NCBI GenBank assembly: GCA_963726985.1
Contig: CAVSEF010000001.1
Span: forward strand, 9,855-73,854
Origin: an uncultured Solirubrobacterales bacterium
GTDB lineage: Bacteria; Actinomycetota; Thermoleophilia; Solirubrobacterales; Solirubrobacteraceae
Length of the DNA stretch: 64,000 nucleotides
Direction: 5' to 3'
The notes beneath the pieces were generated by a model that saw only the letters and a program-made list of their open reading frames with translations, was not told the origin of the DNA and ran no database searches. Made by a program: the position numbers and the translations under genes. Positions 51,349 to 59,999 of the stretch are shown in pieces. Within the stretch, counting starts at the first letter, position 1; each line of letters begins with the position of its first letter.

Positions 51349-53189
51349 ATGCGACGACATCCACGACGCGTGTCCCTGCTGGTGGCTGCCGCCACGTTCG
51401 CGGCGGCCGGGGCGATGGCCGTGCCGGCGCACTCGGCGGAAGTCAGCTGGACGATCGTGCCCACACCCGTCCCGGTCGGGCCCACCGAGAGTCTGTTGCG
51501 AAGCGTGTCGTGCGTATCCGCGCAAGCCTGCATGGCCGTTGGCTTCACCGACGATGGGCATCCAGCGGTCAACGGCGAAGCGGTGGCCATCGGCTCGCTG
51601 GCCGAGAGCTGGAATGGCTCTTCTTGGACCCAGGTTCCCGCCCCCCGCGTCGGCGGGCGCGAACCCGGAGCTGTATTCCGTCTCGTGTGCGTCCGCGGTG
51701 TTCTGCGTCGCGGTCGGGCACACCGAGGGGACTCCGCCGCGAACGCAACCGAATTCGACGACCACGCGGAACCAGCCTCGAGGGCGATCGTGGAGACGTG
51801 GAACGGAACAGCATGGACGGTGCAGCCGAATCCCGCCGCAGCTCTTCCGGCGAGCACGCTTGGCGGCGTCTCGTGCCGCTCGGACTCATTCTGCATCGCG
51901 GTAGGGGCCAGCCGTGTACAGGCACGTGAACGTGCGCTCGCGGAGGTGTGGAATGGGACGAGCTGGAAGCTGCAGAGCCCGCCGCGAATCGCGGGTCAAG
52001 GCGCCCACCTGCAGGCCGTCTCGTGCGTCCTGGGTTCGTGCCAGGCCGTGGGTGTCTACCTCCCACGACCGGAAGATCCCCTTCTCCTCGCGGAGCGCTG
52101 GGACGGGAGTCGCTGGAGCGTGGAGCCTCCGAGCGCAACCTCGCGCCTGAGCCAAATGGCGTCTCGTGCGTGTCGCGCTCCTTTTGCCTCGCGGTCGGTA
52201 GCGCCGGGTCGCGCGCCGGCCCCATCGTGGCGCCCCCGTTCGCCGAGCGCTGGAGCGGCTCGCGTGGACGCCGCTCACGCCGGGACTGCCGAAGCACGGG
52301 GAACTCGACGGCGTCTCCTGCGTGACGAGCGCATTCTGCCTCGCGGTGGAGCAGCTCGATCAGCAGCCCGTTCCCGGCGACGGCAGGACCCCTGCTCGAG
52401 AGCTGGAACGGATCCCGCTGGTCGCGCAGCACCACCCCAGCCGTCCCGGTGCCCAGCCTCTCCCCGGAGCCGGAGTTCCCTGACCCGCTGGACCCTGCGC
52501 TGTTGGGCATCTCCTGTGTCGCGCAGATTGGCTGCACGGCCGTCGGCGCGCAGGCCGCCGGCTCCAACCTTGTGCCGTTGGCGCAGAGCGAGGCGGGTGC
52601 CCCGAGCGCTCCGCCCCCGGAACCCGCTCTAGCACCCGCATCGGTGCTCGGACGAAGCGCCGACGTCAAGACCCTGTCGGGAACCGTGTTGGAGCGACTC
52701 CCCGGGAACCACGCGTTCGTGCCACTCTCCTCATCGACGCAGATCCCGTTCGGTACGGTCGTGGACGCGACCCACGGCAGCGTGTCGGTGACGACTGCGG
52801 GCCCGCACGGCACCACCCAGACGATCACTCTCTCAGAAGGCGAGTTCGTACTGACGCAAGGCCACAGCGGCATGGTGGTGGCAACGCTCGCGGGCGGTGA
52901 CTTCTCGGTGTGCCCGACCGCACAGAAGCGAGCTCACCTCGCCCGCTCCGCGTCAACACACACGACGGGCAAACACGTGGTGCGCAAACTGTGGGCCGAA
53001 GGCCACGGCAACTTCACGACCGGCAACTACGCCTCAGCGTCCGTGCGCGGGACCAAGTGGCTGACCGAGGACCTCTGCGAAGGCACGCTGATCCACGTGG
53101 CGACCGACCGCGTCGCGGTCATAGATCGCGTCAACCACCATCACGTCATCGTGAAGGCCGGACACAGCTACCTCGCGAAAGCGCCATGA
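51349..53189 (+). pseudogene. exported protein of SVSC.S...C.AVG / WNG..W repeats plus the shared C-terminal module, broken by at least 4 frameshifts
   Basis: The repeats are readable in turn in the frames of ORFs 51349, 51539, 51349, 51948 and 52449. The last 190 aa (52449-frame) carry the module ...SVLGRSADVKTLSGTVLERLPG...[11 protein letters not shown]. Confidence 0.6.
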
Positions 53190-53199
53190 CAGCGGCCGG

Positions 53200-53230
53200 A
53201 GTAACAGAGCCCTACGCGTTGGTTGGCTGG
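53200..53230 (+). promoter_or_regulatory. island motif copy B (GAGTAACAGAGCCCTACGCGTTGGTTGGCTG)
   Basis: It starts 11 nt after the module stop (53189) and lies ~100 nt upstream of ATG 53328. Confidence 0.6.
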
Positions 53231-53327
53231 CTATGAAGATGCGGACCACGAATACTGGGTGAGCAGACCAGCTTTCAAAGGAGACTCCGATGCGCATGCG
53301 ACTCACAATCATCACCGTCCTCGCCTC

Positions 53328-54864
53328 ATGAGACTGCTGGATCGTTTCTCGCGAGCAGGTGCAGTCCGACTGACTGGGATGCTGGTCGCGGCGGTAGCCA
53401 TAGCGGCATGCTGCGTCGGCGTGTCCTCGGCGGCGCCACAGAAGGCATCCGCACGATCCCCGTCGGCATCGCCCCTTGGCGTGTCTTCGGATGGAACCCA
53501 CGTCTGGGTCGCGAACACAGCGAAAATACGGTCAGTGAGATCGAAGCGTCGAGCGGCGAAGTCATCCGCACGATCCACGTCGGCAGCCGCCCCGAAGGCG
53601 TGTCTTCGGATGGAACCCACGTCTGGGTCACGAACTCCGGCGAAGATACGGTCAGTGAGATCGAAGCGTCGAGCGGCAAAGTCATCCGCACGATCCCCGT
53701 CGGCACCGCCCCAAAGGCGTGTCTTCGGATGGAACCCACGTCTGGGTCGCGAACGCCATCGAAAGGTACGGTCACTGAGATCGAAGCGTCGAGCGGCACC
53801 GTCATCCGCACGATCGCAGTCGGCAGCCACCCCCAAGGCGTGTCCTCGGATGGAACCCACGTCTGGGTCACGAACGCCGGAAATACGGTCAGTGAGATCG
53901 AAGCGTCGAGCGGCACCGTCATCCGCACGATCCCCGTCGGCAGCACCCCCATAGCGTGTCTTCGGATGGAACCCACGTCTGGGTCGCGAAGCGACGAAAA
54001 TACGGTCAGTGAGATCGAAGCGTCGAGCGGCACCGTCATCCGCACGATCCCCGTCGGCAGCCCCCCAAGGCGTGTCCTCGGATGGAACCCACGTCTGGGT
54101 CACGAACTCGAAGATACGGTCAGTGAGATCGAAGCGTCGAGCGGCACCGTCATCAACACGATCCCCGTCGGCAGCGCCCCCAGGCGTGTCCTCGGATGGA
54201 ACCCACGTCTGGGTCACGAACCGACATTCGTTGCCGAAGCCTTTTGACGGTACCGTCAGTGAGATTGCGACCAGCTAAACGGCAGCCAAGCTTCCGCTCC
54301 CGAAGCTGGCTGGTGACGGGCAACCTGACGCCGGTTTCCGGCAGCGGTGCTGGTGAAGTCTGCCTGGCATCCTCGACCTTCGTTTCTCTGGCGGCGGTCC
54401 GTCAGATCCCGTTCGGGACGGTGATTGACGTCACGGATGGGGGTCGTGAGCGTGACGACCGCGCTTCCCGGTGGGGGCACCCAGACGGGCGAATTCTTCA
54501 AAGGTGAGTTTGTGTTGACCCAGGGCCGCAATGGACGGGTGGTGGCGACGCTGGCAGGCGGGAACTTCTCGACTGTCCGACTGCCCGTGAGCGAGTCACA
54601 AGGCGAGCGCGCAGTTCAGGCACGCGCAGCCGGCGTCGGGGAGCCAGGCGGTGCGCAAACTGTGGGCCAACGCGCACGGCAAATTCTCCACTAAGGGCAA
54701 CTATGCCGCCGGGGGCGGTGCAGGGCACCGAATGGCTGACGGAGGATCTATGCGAAGGAACTTTAATCAAGGTCACCCGCGACAAGGTCGCGGTGACGAA
54801 CCTCGTCAACCACCGTCACATCACGATCACGGCGGGCCACCGCTATCTGGCCAAGGTGCCGTGA
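53328..54864 (+). pseudogene. exported YVTN/NHL-like beta-propeller repeat protein plus a decayed shared C-terminal module; many frame changes and one in-frame stop
   Basis: The signal reads MRLLDRFSRAGAVRLTGMLVAAVAIAACC. Seven units of (TVSEIEASSG.VIRTIPVG..P.GVSSDGTHVWV.N) follow, then a module remnant (VSGSGAGEVCLASSTFVSLAAVRQIPFGTVIDVTDG ... [42 protein letters not shown]) spread over 3 frames. Confidence 0.6.
53478..54278 (+). repeat. tandem array of 7 coding repeats (periods 120, 120, 117, 117, 114 nt, then 136)
   Basis: The anchor GTCAGTGAGATCGAAGCGTCGAGCGGC recurs at 53531, 53651, 53771, 53888, 54005, 54119 and 54255. The core GGCGTGTC(T/C)TCGGATGGAACCCACGTCTGGGTC recurs at 53478, 53597, 53716, 53837, ~53953, 54069 and 54183. 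Confidence 0.9.
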
Positions 54865-54919
54865 GCACGAGCCGCGGACCGAGCAGGTGGGGGCACCGGA
54901 AGACCCGCTCGTTGTGTCG

Positions 54920-54950
54920 GGTAACAGACGCCCACACCTTGGAGGGCTGG
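54920..54950 (+). promoter_or_regulatory. island motif copy C (GGTAACAGACGCCCACACCTTGGAGGGCTGG)
   Basis: It lies 56 nt after the decayed module stop (54864) and 62-92 nt upstream of ATG 55012. Confidence 0.65.
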
Positions 54951-55011
54951 CTACAGCGACGCCGACGACGGATACTGCTGAGCAAGACAACTCCAAATGG
55001 GGAGTATTCCA

Positions 55012-55407
55012 ATGCGCAGACGACTGATCACTATCGCCATTCTCATCACGGCCGTAGCCGCGATCTCCACGACGCCCGCGGCGGCCGAACGATCCTGCGG
55101 CACTGAGCGTGTCCGGCCCGGCAGGACCGGCCCCGCTACGGCGGGTTCTACGAGCGATTCGGGCCTCCCTTACAGGATCAGCGTGTCGCGCGGATCGGTC
55201 ACCTGCGCCAAGGCGCGCAGCCTGATAAAGGACACGGGCGAAGGTAAGGGCACGTGGCACGAGGCTCCCGCCCTCTCGGGGATTTACACGAGCTTTCCAG
55301 GCGGCTGGTCCTGCTCCCCCGTCGCAAATGGAGGGTATGGCTGCGTGCAGGGTCGGCGCGTCGGCGCCTTCCAGCACGCGGACACGATCTCCGGCGCACA
55401 GCTCTGA
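55012..55407 (+). CDS. small exported Cys-containing protein (hypothetical)
   Basis: The ATG is preceded by GGGGAG. The signal reads MRRRLITIAILITAVAAISTTPAAA. It has the motifs RISVSRGSVTCAKARSLI and PGGWSCSP. Confidence 0.65.
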   Translation: MRRRLITIAILITAVAAISTTPAAAERSCGTERVRPGRTGPATAGSTSDSGLPYRISVSRGSVTCAKARSLIKDTGEGKGTWHEAPALSGIYTSFPGGWSCSPVANGGYGCVQGRRVGAFQHADTISGAQL

Positions 55408-55946
55408 CGATCAGCCGGCCGGCGGGCGGCGACTCCGCTACGTCGCCGCGTCGCTCGGCGGGCGGCGGCGCCGGCGTCGAACCGCCGCGACCTCTTGAAA
55501 TCCCGATCGAGGTAGAGGGCGGTTTGATTTCCGGGCGGTTCGATTTCCTTCGGTGGCAAGGGCTTGGGTGTCATGGACCTCTCTACCGCCAAGACGGCCA
55601 GCGACGAAATCGTCTGCGCGATCATCAGGATCCCGACCGCGCCCGACGGCCATGAAGCGCGAGCCGAACCTTACGCGCGTTTTCCGCGCGCAGTGCCTCA
55701 TAACCATAGCCGACAGCGGCAAGCCAGCCCAGCGTGTCGGATTCAGCGGGCACGCGAGCACCAAGCGAGTGTCGTCCTCCGTTGCGACAGCATCCATGCC
55801 AGTTGGGAGGACCGCCCGTAGCGGCGAAGCGGTCGTCACGGGTGCCGGCACCTGACCCCGCTTGGCCAATGCCGCCGCACGCAACGCCGTGATCGAGAGC
55901 AGAAGATCGTTGGGGACGCGCAGCCGTCCAGTGCGCCTGTCGCTCG

Positions 55947-55977
55947 GGTAACGAAGACCTACACCTTGGTTGGGTAG
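55947..55977 (+). promoter_or_regulatory. island motif copy D (GGTAACGAAGACCTACACCTTGGTTGGGTAG)
   Basis: It lies 70-100 nt upstream of a 25-codon ORF (56047..56124; SD region CCAAGGGGGA). That ORF overlaps the GTG of 56121..56873 by GTGA. Confidence 0.6.
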
Positions 55978-56120
55978 CCCTGCCTGCGTTGGTTGCGCCG
56001 GATCACGGGATTCTCCTCAGATCCGACTACCAAGGGGGACAGAGAGATGCCCAAGCCAACCGATAGCTACGAACAGTTGTCGCTCGACGACTTCACCTCA
56101 ACGATGGACACAAAGGGAGC

Positions 56121-56873
56121 GTGAATATTGTGGCTCAGCTTATCGTGATCGTGATTGTTGCACCGATTCTGTGGCAGTTGCCGAGGGTCTGCTGGCCGGT
56201 GCATGTGGATTCCTCGGGCATGCGTTTTACTGGGCTCTATTCGCGCTACTCAATTCAGACCGCGACCGGATACGCCAGTGGTATTCGCACTTGGACTGGT
56301 GAGGCGCTGAGCACTGGTTCGGTCAGCGCCCAAACGACCGGCCCGGTGATTGGCAGTAGCGTCGTCGCCAGTACGACTTTCAGCGACAGTCGTAGGACCT
56401 TTGTTGTTCGGCACACCGGTTTCTTTCTTGAGGATCGCGCTGGAGCTATGCACGAGGTGGACGCGGCCAACGTTGGGCCGTCGATGGCCGATGGTCACCT
56501 TGTGTCGGTCGCCTGGCTCGTACACAACGGGAAACGCGGTAACGCATTCTTGGTCGCGAACCACACGACCGGCAGCGTGTACATCGAGAAGACGCGGGCC
56601 GGGGGAGATAGGAATGCGCGACGCAGGCCTGGTCAAAATGGTGTTCCCGATGCCCTTGCCTATCCAGGTGCTCCTTCTCCTTCTGATCGTCACCATACCG
56701 TTGATGATCGTGATTGGGGTGGCGGCCATGTTGCAGCTGCGGTGGTTTGGGACGCGTGGTTCTCGGCCCCTGGTGGCCTTGTTGGGCCGCAATGCGGCCG
56801 AGATGCCGTCGCGCACTCGCGCCGCTGGCGGGAATGTGGCGATGGCGCCGGTGCATCGTGCGGGCGCGGTTGA
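56121..56873 (+). CDS. membrane-anchored hypothetical protein (3' end doubtful)
   Basis: It has an N-terminal TM (IVAQLIVIVIVAPILW) and a plausible ~165-aa domain up to ...GSVYIEKTRAG. Beyond ~56610 the frame looks non-coding and overlaps the SHOCT gene, so this is either a frameshift or an earlier true stop. Confidence 0.4.
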   Translation: MNIVAQLIVIVIVAPILWQLPRVCWPVHVDSSGMRFTGLYSRYSIQTATGYASGIRTWTGEALSTGSVSAQTTGPVIGSSVVASTTFSDSRRTFVVRHTGFFLEDRAGAMHEVDAANVGPSMADGHLVSVAWLVHNGKRGNAFLVANHTTGSVYIEKTRAGGDRNARRRPGQNGVPDALAYPGAPSPSDRHHTVDDRDWGGGHVAAAVVWDAWFSAPGGLVGPQCGRDAVAHSRRWRECGDGAGASCGRG

Positions 56874-56994
56874 CTTCGCCTCTCAGATGAAGGAGATCAC
56901 CGTGCTCCACGAGTCGGGGTCCCTTACGCCTGACGAGTTCCAGGCCGCTAAGGCGAAGCTGCTTGACACACGGGTCGCGGGGGGACGGCGGTGA
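56614..56994 (+). CDS. membrane protein with a C-terminal SHOCT domain
   Basis: The ATG is preceded by GGGGAG. It has a TM (LPIQVLLLLLIVTIPLMIVIGVAAML) and ends EITVLHESGSLTPDEFQAAKAKLL (SHOCT signature). Confidence 0.6.
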   Translation: MRDAGLVKMVFPMPLPIQVLLLLLIVTIPLMIVIGVAAMLQLRWFGTRGSRPLVALLGRNAAEMPSRTRAAGGNVAMAPVHRAGAVDFASQMKEITVLHESGSLTPDEFQAAKAKLLDTRVAGGRR

Positions 56995-57079
56995 CCGCGG
57001 TGGCGATATTCGTCTTTGGGCGCTAGCTCGCTACGCCGACTGGCACCCTCATCGTGGTGCCTGACGCGCTTGGGAAGGT

Positions 57080-57502
57080 TCAGCGGGCCATGCCCGTCAA
57101 ATCAGCGACATGGCAGGTGCAGGTCTTGCCGGACCGCGACGGGGATGCCGAGCCGTCCACACGGGAGCATGAGCAGAACCCGCCGTGACGTAGTCCCAGC
57201 GCCCGCGAGCGCGGCGCAAGATGACGACACCGTTGAACCCCCAGCGGCCGCACGAGCGATAGTGGAGGCCGTTGAAGCCGACGGTCGGCCCAGTTGCCGC
57301 CGTCCTTGGTCGTCACCTGGGCAAACAGGCAGCGCTCCGGGATGCCGGGAGGCAACTGCGGGGCCGCAGCTCGGTCGATCGCATTCCGAGTACTGCCGGT
57401 CGCGACTCGACTAGCGACAGCGACCGCTGGCACGACGAGCCCGAGGACGATGATGATGGTGATGATCCGCTTCACGATCTGCTCCCGTGTCGATGGTTCC
57501 AT
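57080..57502 (-). CDS. TM-anchored hypothetical protein (3' half doubtful)
   Basis: MEPSTREQIVKRIITIIIVLGLVVPAVAVASRV... The second half has a non-coding-like composition and may be frameshifted. Confidence 0.35.
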   Translation of the reverse strand: MEPSTREQIVKRIITIIIVLGLVVPAVAVASRVATGSTRNAIDRAAAPQLPPGIPERCLFAQVTTKDGGNWADRRLQRPPLSLVRPLGVQRCRHLAPRSRALGLRHGGFCSCSRVDGSASPSRSGKTCTCHVADLTGMAR

Positions 57503-57504
57503 GC

Positions 57505-57533
57505 GTCTCACCCCAAGGCGCTATTGCTCACCG
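57505..57533 (-). promoter_or_regulatory. island motif copy J, weak (CGGTGAGCAATAGCGCCTTGGGGTGAGAC)
   Basis: Only CGCCTTGGGGTGAG matches the core. It abuts the start of 57080..57502. Confidence 0.35.
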
Positions 57534-57630
57534 AGCGGGTCACCGGCACCCTACCGATGACGTGCATCGCGTGCCGGACCCGACGGCGCTCGGGCATCGG
57601 CGCGCGGGCAGGCGGCGGGCGGCGCCCAGT

Positions 57631-58005
57631 TCACGTCTTCCTCGCGTTGCCAACGGCGTCGTAAGCATCGATTGACGCGCCCGGGCGGCTGCAGTCCGCC
57701 TCGAGGCCGTGGTCTCCCTTGGACTCGACGGCGCTCAGGAAAGCGCACTGCCAGCCACCGGGTTGGCGTATCCCACAGATCCGTCCTGATCCACAAGCCC
57801 CCGACGCCCTCGTCGCGTCGAAACGCGTCGGTACGCGCGACGAGCTTGAGCGCAGGACACCTTGCCGCGCAGCACGAGTCGCCATGTGGTTGCCTTACCA
57901 GACGCCGTGCCTATCTGGACCAGGCACGGGGAGAGCAATCGACCCGTCGCGCCTCGCCTGCGCCCCAGTCGTCGTCAGCACAACCACGACAGTGAATGCC
58001 GCCAT
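57631..58005 (-). pseudogene. frameshifted paralog of the small exported protein 55012..55407
   Basis: The signal MAAFTVVVVLTTTGAQA, then TTWRLVLRGKVSCAQARRAY, then PGGWQCAF..., each lie in a different minus-strand frame (ORFs 57895.., 57735.. and 57631..). Confidence 0.4.
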
Positions 58006-58944
58006 CGCAAAGCTGAAAGTCGCCCGACCGTGTCGCGGGACTCGCCGCCAATGACCTCGCTGTCCCACCAACTCGTCCCCGCCCATCCGGTCCACATTCT
58101 CCGCTGGCCTGTATTCCATAGTGTAGGCGTTCACGCGGTTGTGAGCCGGACCGGGATCGGCGTCATCGCATCGCTCGCCATGGCGGGGTACGCTCGCTCG
58201 CGACCGTAACGGGTTGCGCGCCTGGCCTGCAATCCATGACTCAAACGCAAAATGCACAAGGGGGATGTCATGAAGCGACTCATCCTTCGCAGCGGCGTTG
58301 GCTCTTCGGGCTGACGCTGCCCGCCATGGCCCAAGCGAGCGATTCCTCAGCCGATCTACTTCTGGGGGAGCGTCGCTGCGCCTCCCGGAAGCGATCCGAG
58401 GGCCCGGTCTGCCCACCCAGCCAGAGGTTATTCGTCCCTCAGGTGATCGCTGTCTATAACGAGGACGGCGCATGGTCCATTGAACGATCTGCATTGGACT
58501 GGTTGGGGCTCAAGCGTTGCCCACGCCAACGGGAATCAGCAGCGCGAGCAACGGCATCCCGAACCATGGCTCAGGGGAAGCGGATAAAGAAGCCAGCCCA
58601 GGTCACTCTGTCGAACCCCGGGCGGTTCTTCAGGGCCACGAGGTGTACCGCTGCTTCATGGTCAAGGTCGCTCCCCCGACCCAACGGGTTGAGCACCTAT
58701 GCCTCGAAGGTCATCATGGCCTCTGGGTCCTGAATTAGCGCTGAGCACCGTTCTCTGGCATGCCGGATTGGCGTTTACGGGCACGGCTGCTCGCCGACGA
58801 CGGTCGAGCGCCGGCGGCGAGGGTGCCCCACTTGCGCAATCGAACAGAAGCGAGCGCATCGCCCGTTTGATCGCGGGCTGCTGAGTTGGACGGTGGCTGT
58901 TGCGTAAAGGGGTGCCGTCCGGCGGGTTGAAGAGGATGCTGGGT

Positions 58945-59252
58945 ATGCCCCAGAACTTCATAGCTTGTGACCGTGAGCAGGATCTGTTGTTGCCGCCGAG
59001 TTTGAGGGAGTGGTTGCCGGAGGATCATCTTGGCGTGGTTCGTGCTGGCGAGCGACCGAGGAGATGGATCTGTCGGCGTTCTATGGGGCCTACCGTGGCG
59101 ATGGCCACGGTCGTGCGGCGCACGAGCCGGGGATGATGCTCGCGCTGTTGCTTTACGCCTACTGCAAGGGGCAGCGCTCCTCGCGGTTGATCGAGCGCGA
59201 GTGCGTGGAGGACGTGGCCTACCGGGTGATCGCGGCGAATCAGCGCCCGGAG
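58945..59252 (+). mobile_element. IS1182-family transposase N-terminal remnant (frameshifted and truncated)
   Basis: MPQNFIACDREQDLLLPPSLREWLPEDHL / AWFVL / DLSAFYGAYRGDGHGRAAHEPGMMLALLLYAYCKGQRSSRLIERECVEDVAYRVIAANQRPE matches the DUF772/InsH-type N-terminus, spread over three frames. No DDE domain follows. Confidence 0.7.
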
Positions 59253-59769
59253 AGGACCCGACCTCAGGTCGCGTGCAGGCGAGGGCGTACCGGTGTACAT
59301 GGGGATCATCGCGGGGATGGATGAATGGCATCAGAGGAGAGTGATCGTAGTCAGGCCGCCCGCACCACCGCCTCGGACGAACCTCGCGGAATACGTCGAA
59401 CCCCCGCTACAGCGATGGGCCTGTCGCTCCAAACCCACCTTCGGCGGCCAGGCCATGCAGGTCACCTGCCAGCGCGGGCACGCGACGGTCACCGCGCAAC
59501 TGGGTGAATGAGCCTCGTAGGTTCGCGGTGACACCGGCCGTCCGTCGCGATCGCGCAATGGTTCGCTTGGTCGCAGGAGCTTCTCGATAGCGCGGCCAAG
59601 CCGGCGGAGACGCGTCGACTTCCGCTTCGCGTGATCGCGCGCGACCGTGCACCCTCGGTCACGCTGCAAGGAGGAGGGAAGACGCTGCGACCCCTACGCC
59701 GTCGAGCCTCTCGCCTTCCCGCGGAACAACCTGCAAGCTAGACGGCAACCGACCTGCGCGGCGTCTCAA

Positions 59770-59851
59770 GCCCCGTGGCTGTTGCCACCGGGTTAACCAC
59801 CACCACGTCACAGTCAGGGCGGGTCACAGCTACCTCGCGAAAGCGCCATGA
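59770..59851 (+). pseudogene. orphan 3' end (~25 codons) of the shared C-terminal module
   Basis: GGGTTAACCACCACCACGTCACAGTCAGGGCGGGTCACAGCTACCTCGCGAAAGCGCCATGA is nearly identical to 48718..48779. Confidence 0.7.
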
Positions 59852-59861
59852 CAGCGGCCGG

Positions 59862-59892
59862 GATAACAGAGCCCTACACCTTGGTGCACCCG
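59862..59892 (+). promoter_or_regulatory. island motif copy E (GATAACAGAGCCCTACACCTTGGTGCACCCG), solo
   Basis: It follows the orphan module end with the same CAGCGGCCGG spacer as copy B. No convincing ORF follows it. Confidence 0.55.
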
Positions 59893-59999
59893 CGGGGGAT
59901 CGAGGGTCAACTCTCGCGAAGTGATCGGGTTTAGCGTTCTTCCCGTAAGCGTTCCGTCCCGCTGGATTTGGTGAACGCAGGCGCTCCGGCTTCTCCAGT

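Noticed and set aside
53312-54217. Two long minus-strand ORFs (301 and 239 aa) across the YVTN repeat array
   Set aside because: They are repetitive antisense readings of the tandem repeat (…DRADDGAARRFDLTDRI…). The plus strand carries the recognisable propeller signature and a signal peptide.
55284-55884. Possible decayed RES-toxin / Xre-antitoxin pair on the minus strand (…EIEPPGNQTALYLDRDF… vaguely resembles the GGRWNPPG..AIYLA motif of RES domains)
   Set aside because: The similarity rests on one short segment and the flanks do not align in any frame I could read. Part of the ORF overlaps the supported gene 55012..55407. I left it unannotated, but it is worth a profile search.
58236-58733. 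165-aa plus-strand ORF, and an alternative short ORF (ATG ~58269, MKRLILRSGVGSSG*) preceded by AAGGGGGA that could join it by a frameshift to give a signal peptide
   Set aside because: The downstream sequence has no protein-like pattern or recognisable motif and no paralog in the window. The support is too weak to call, although another decayed exported gene is plausible.
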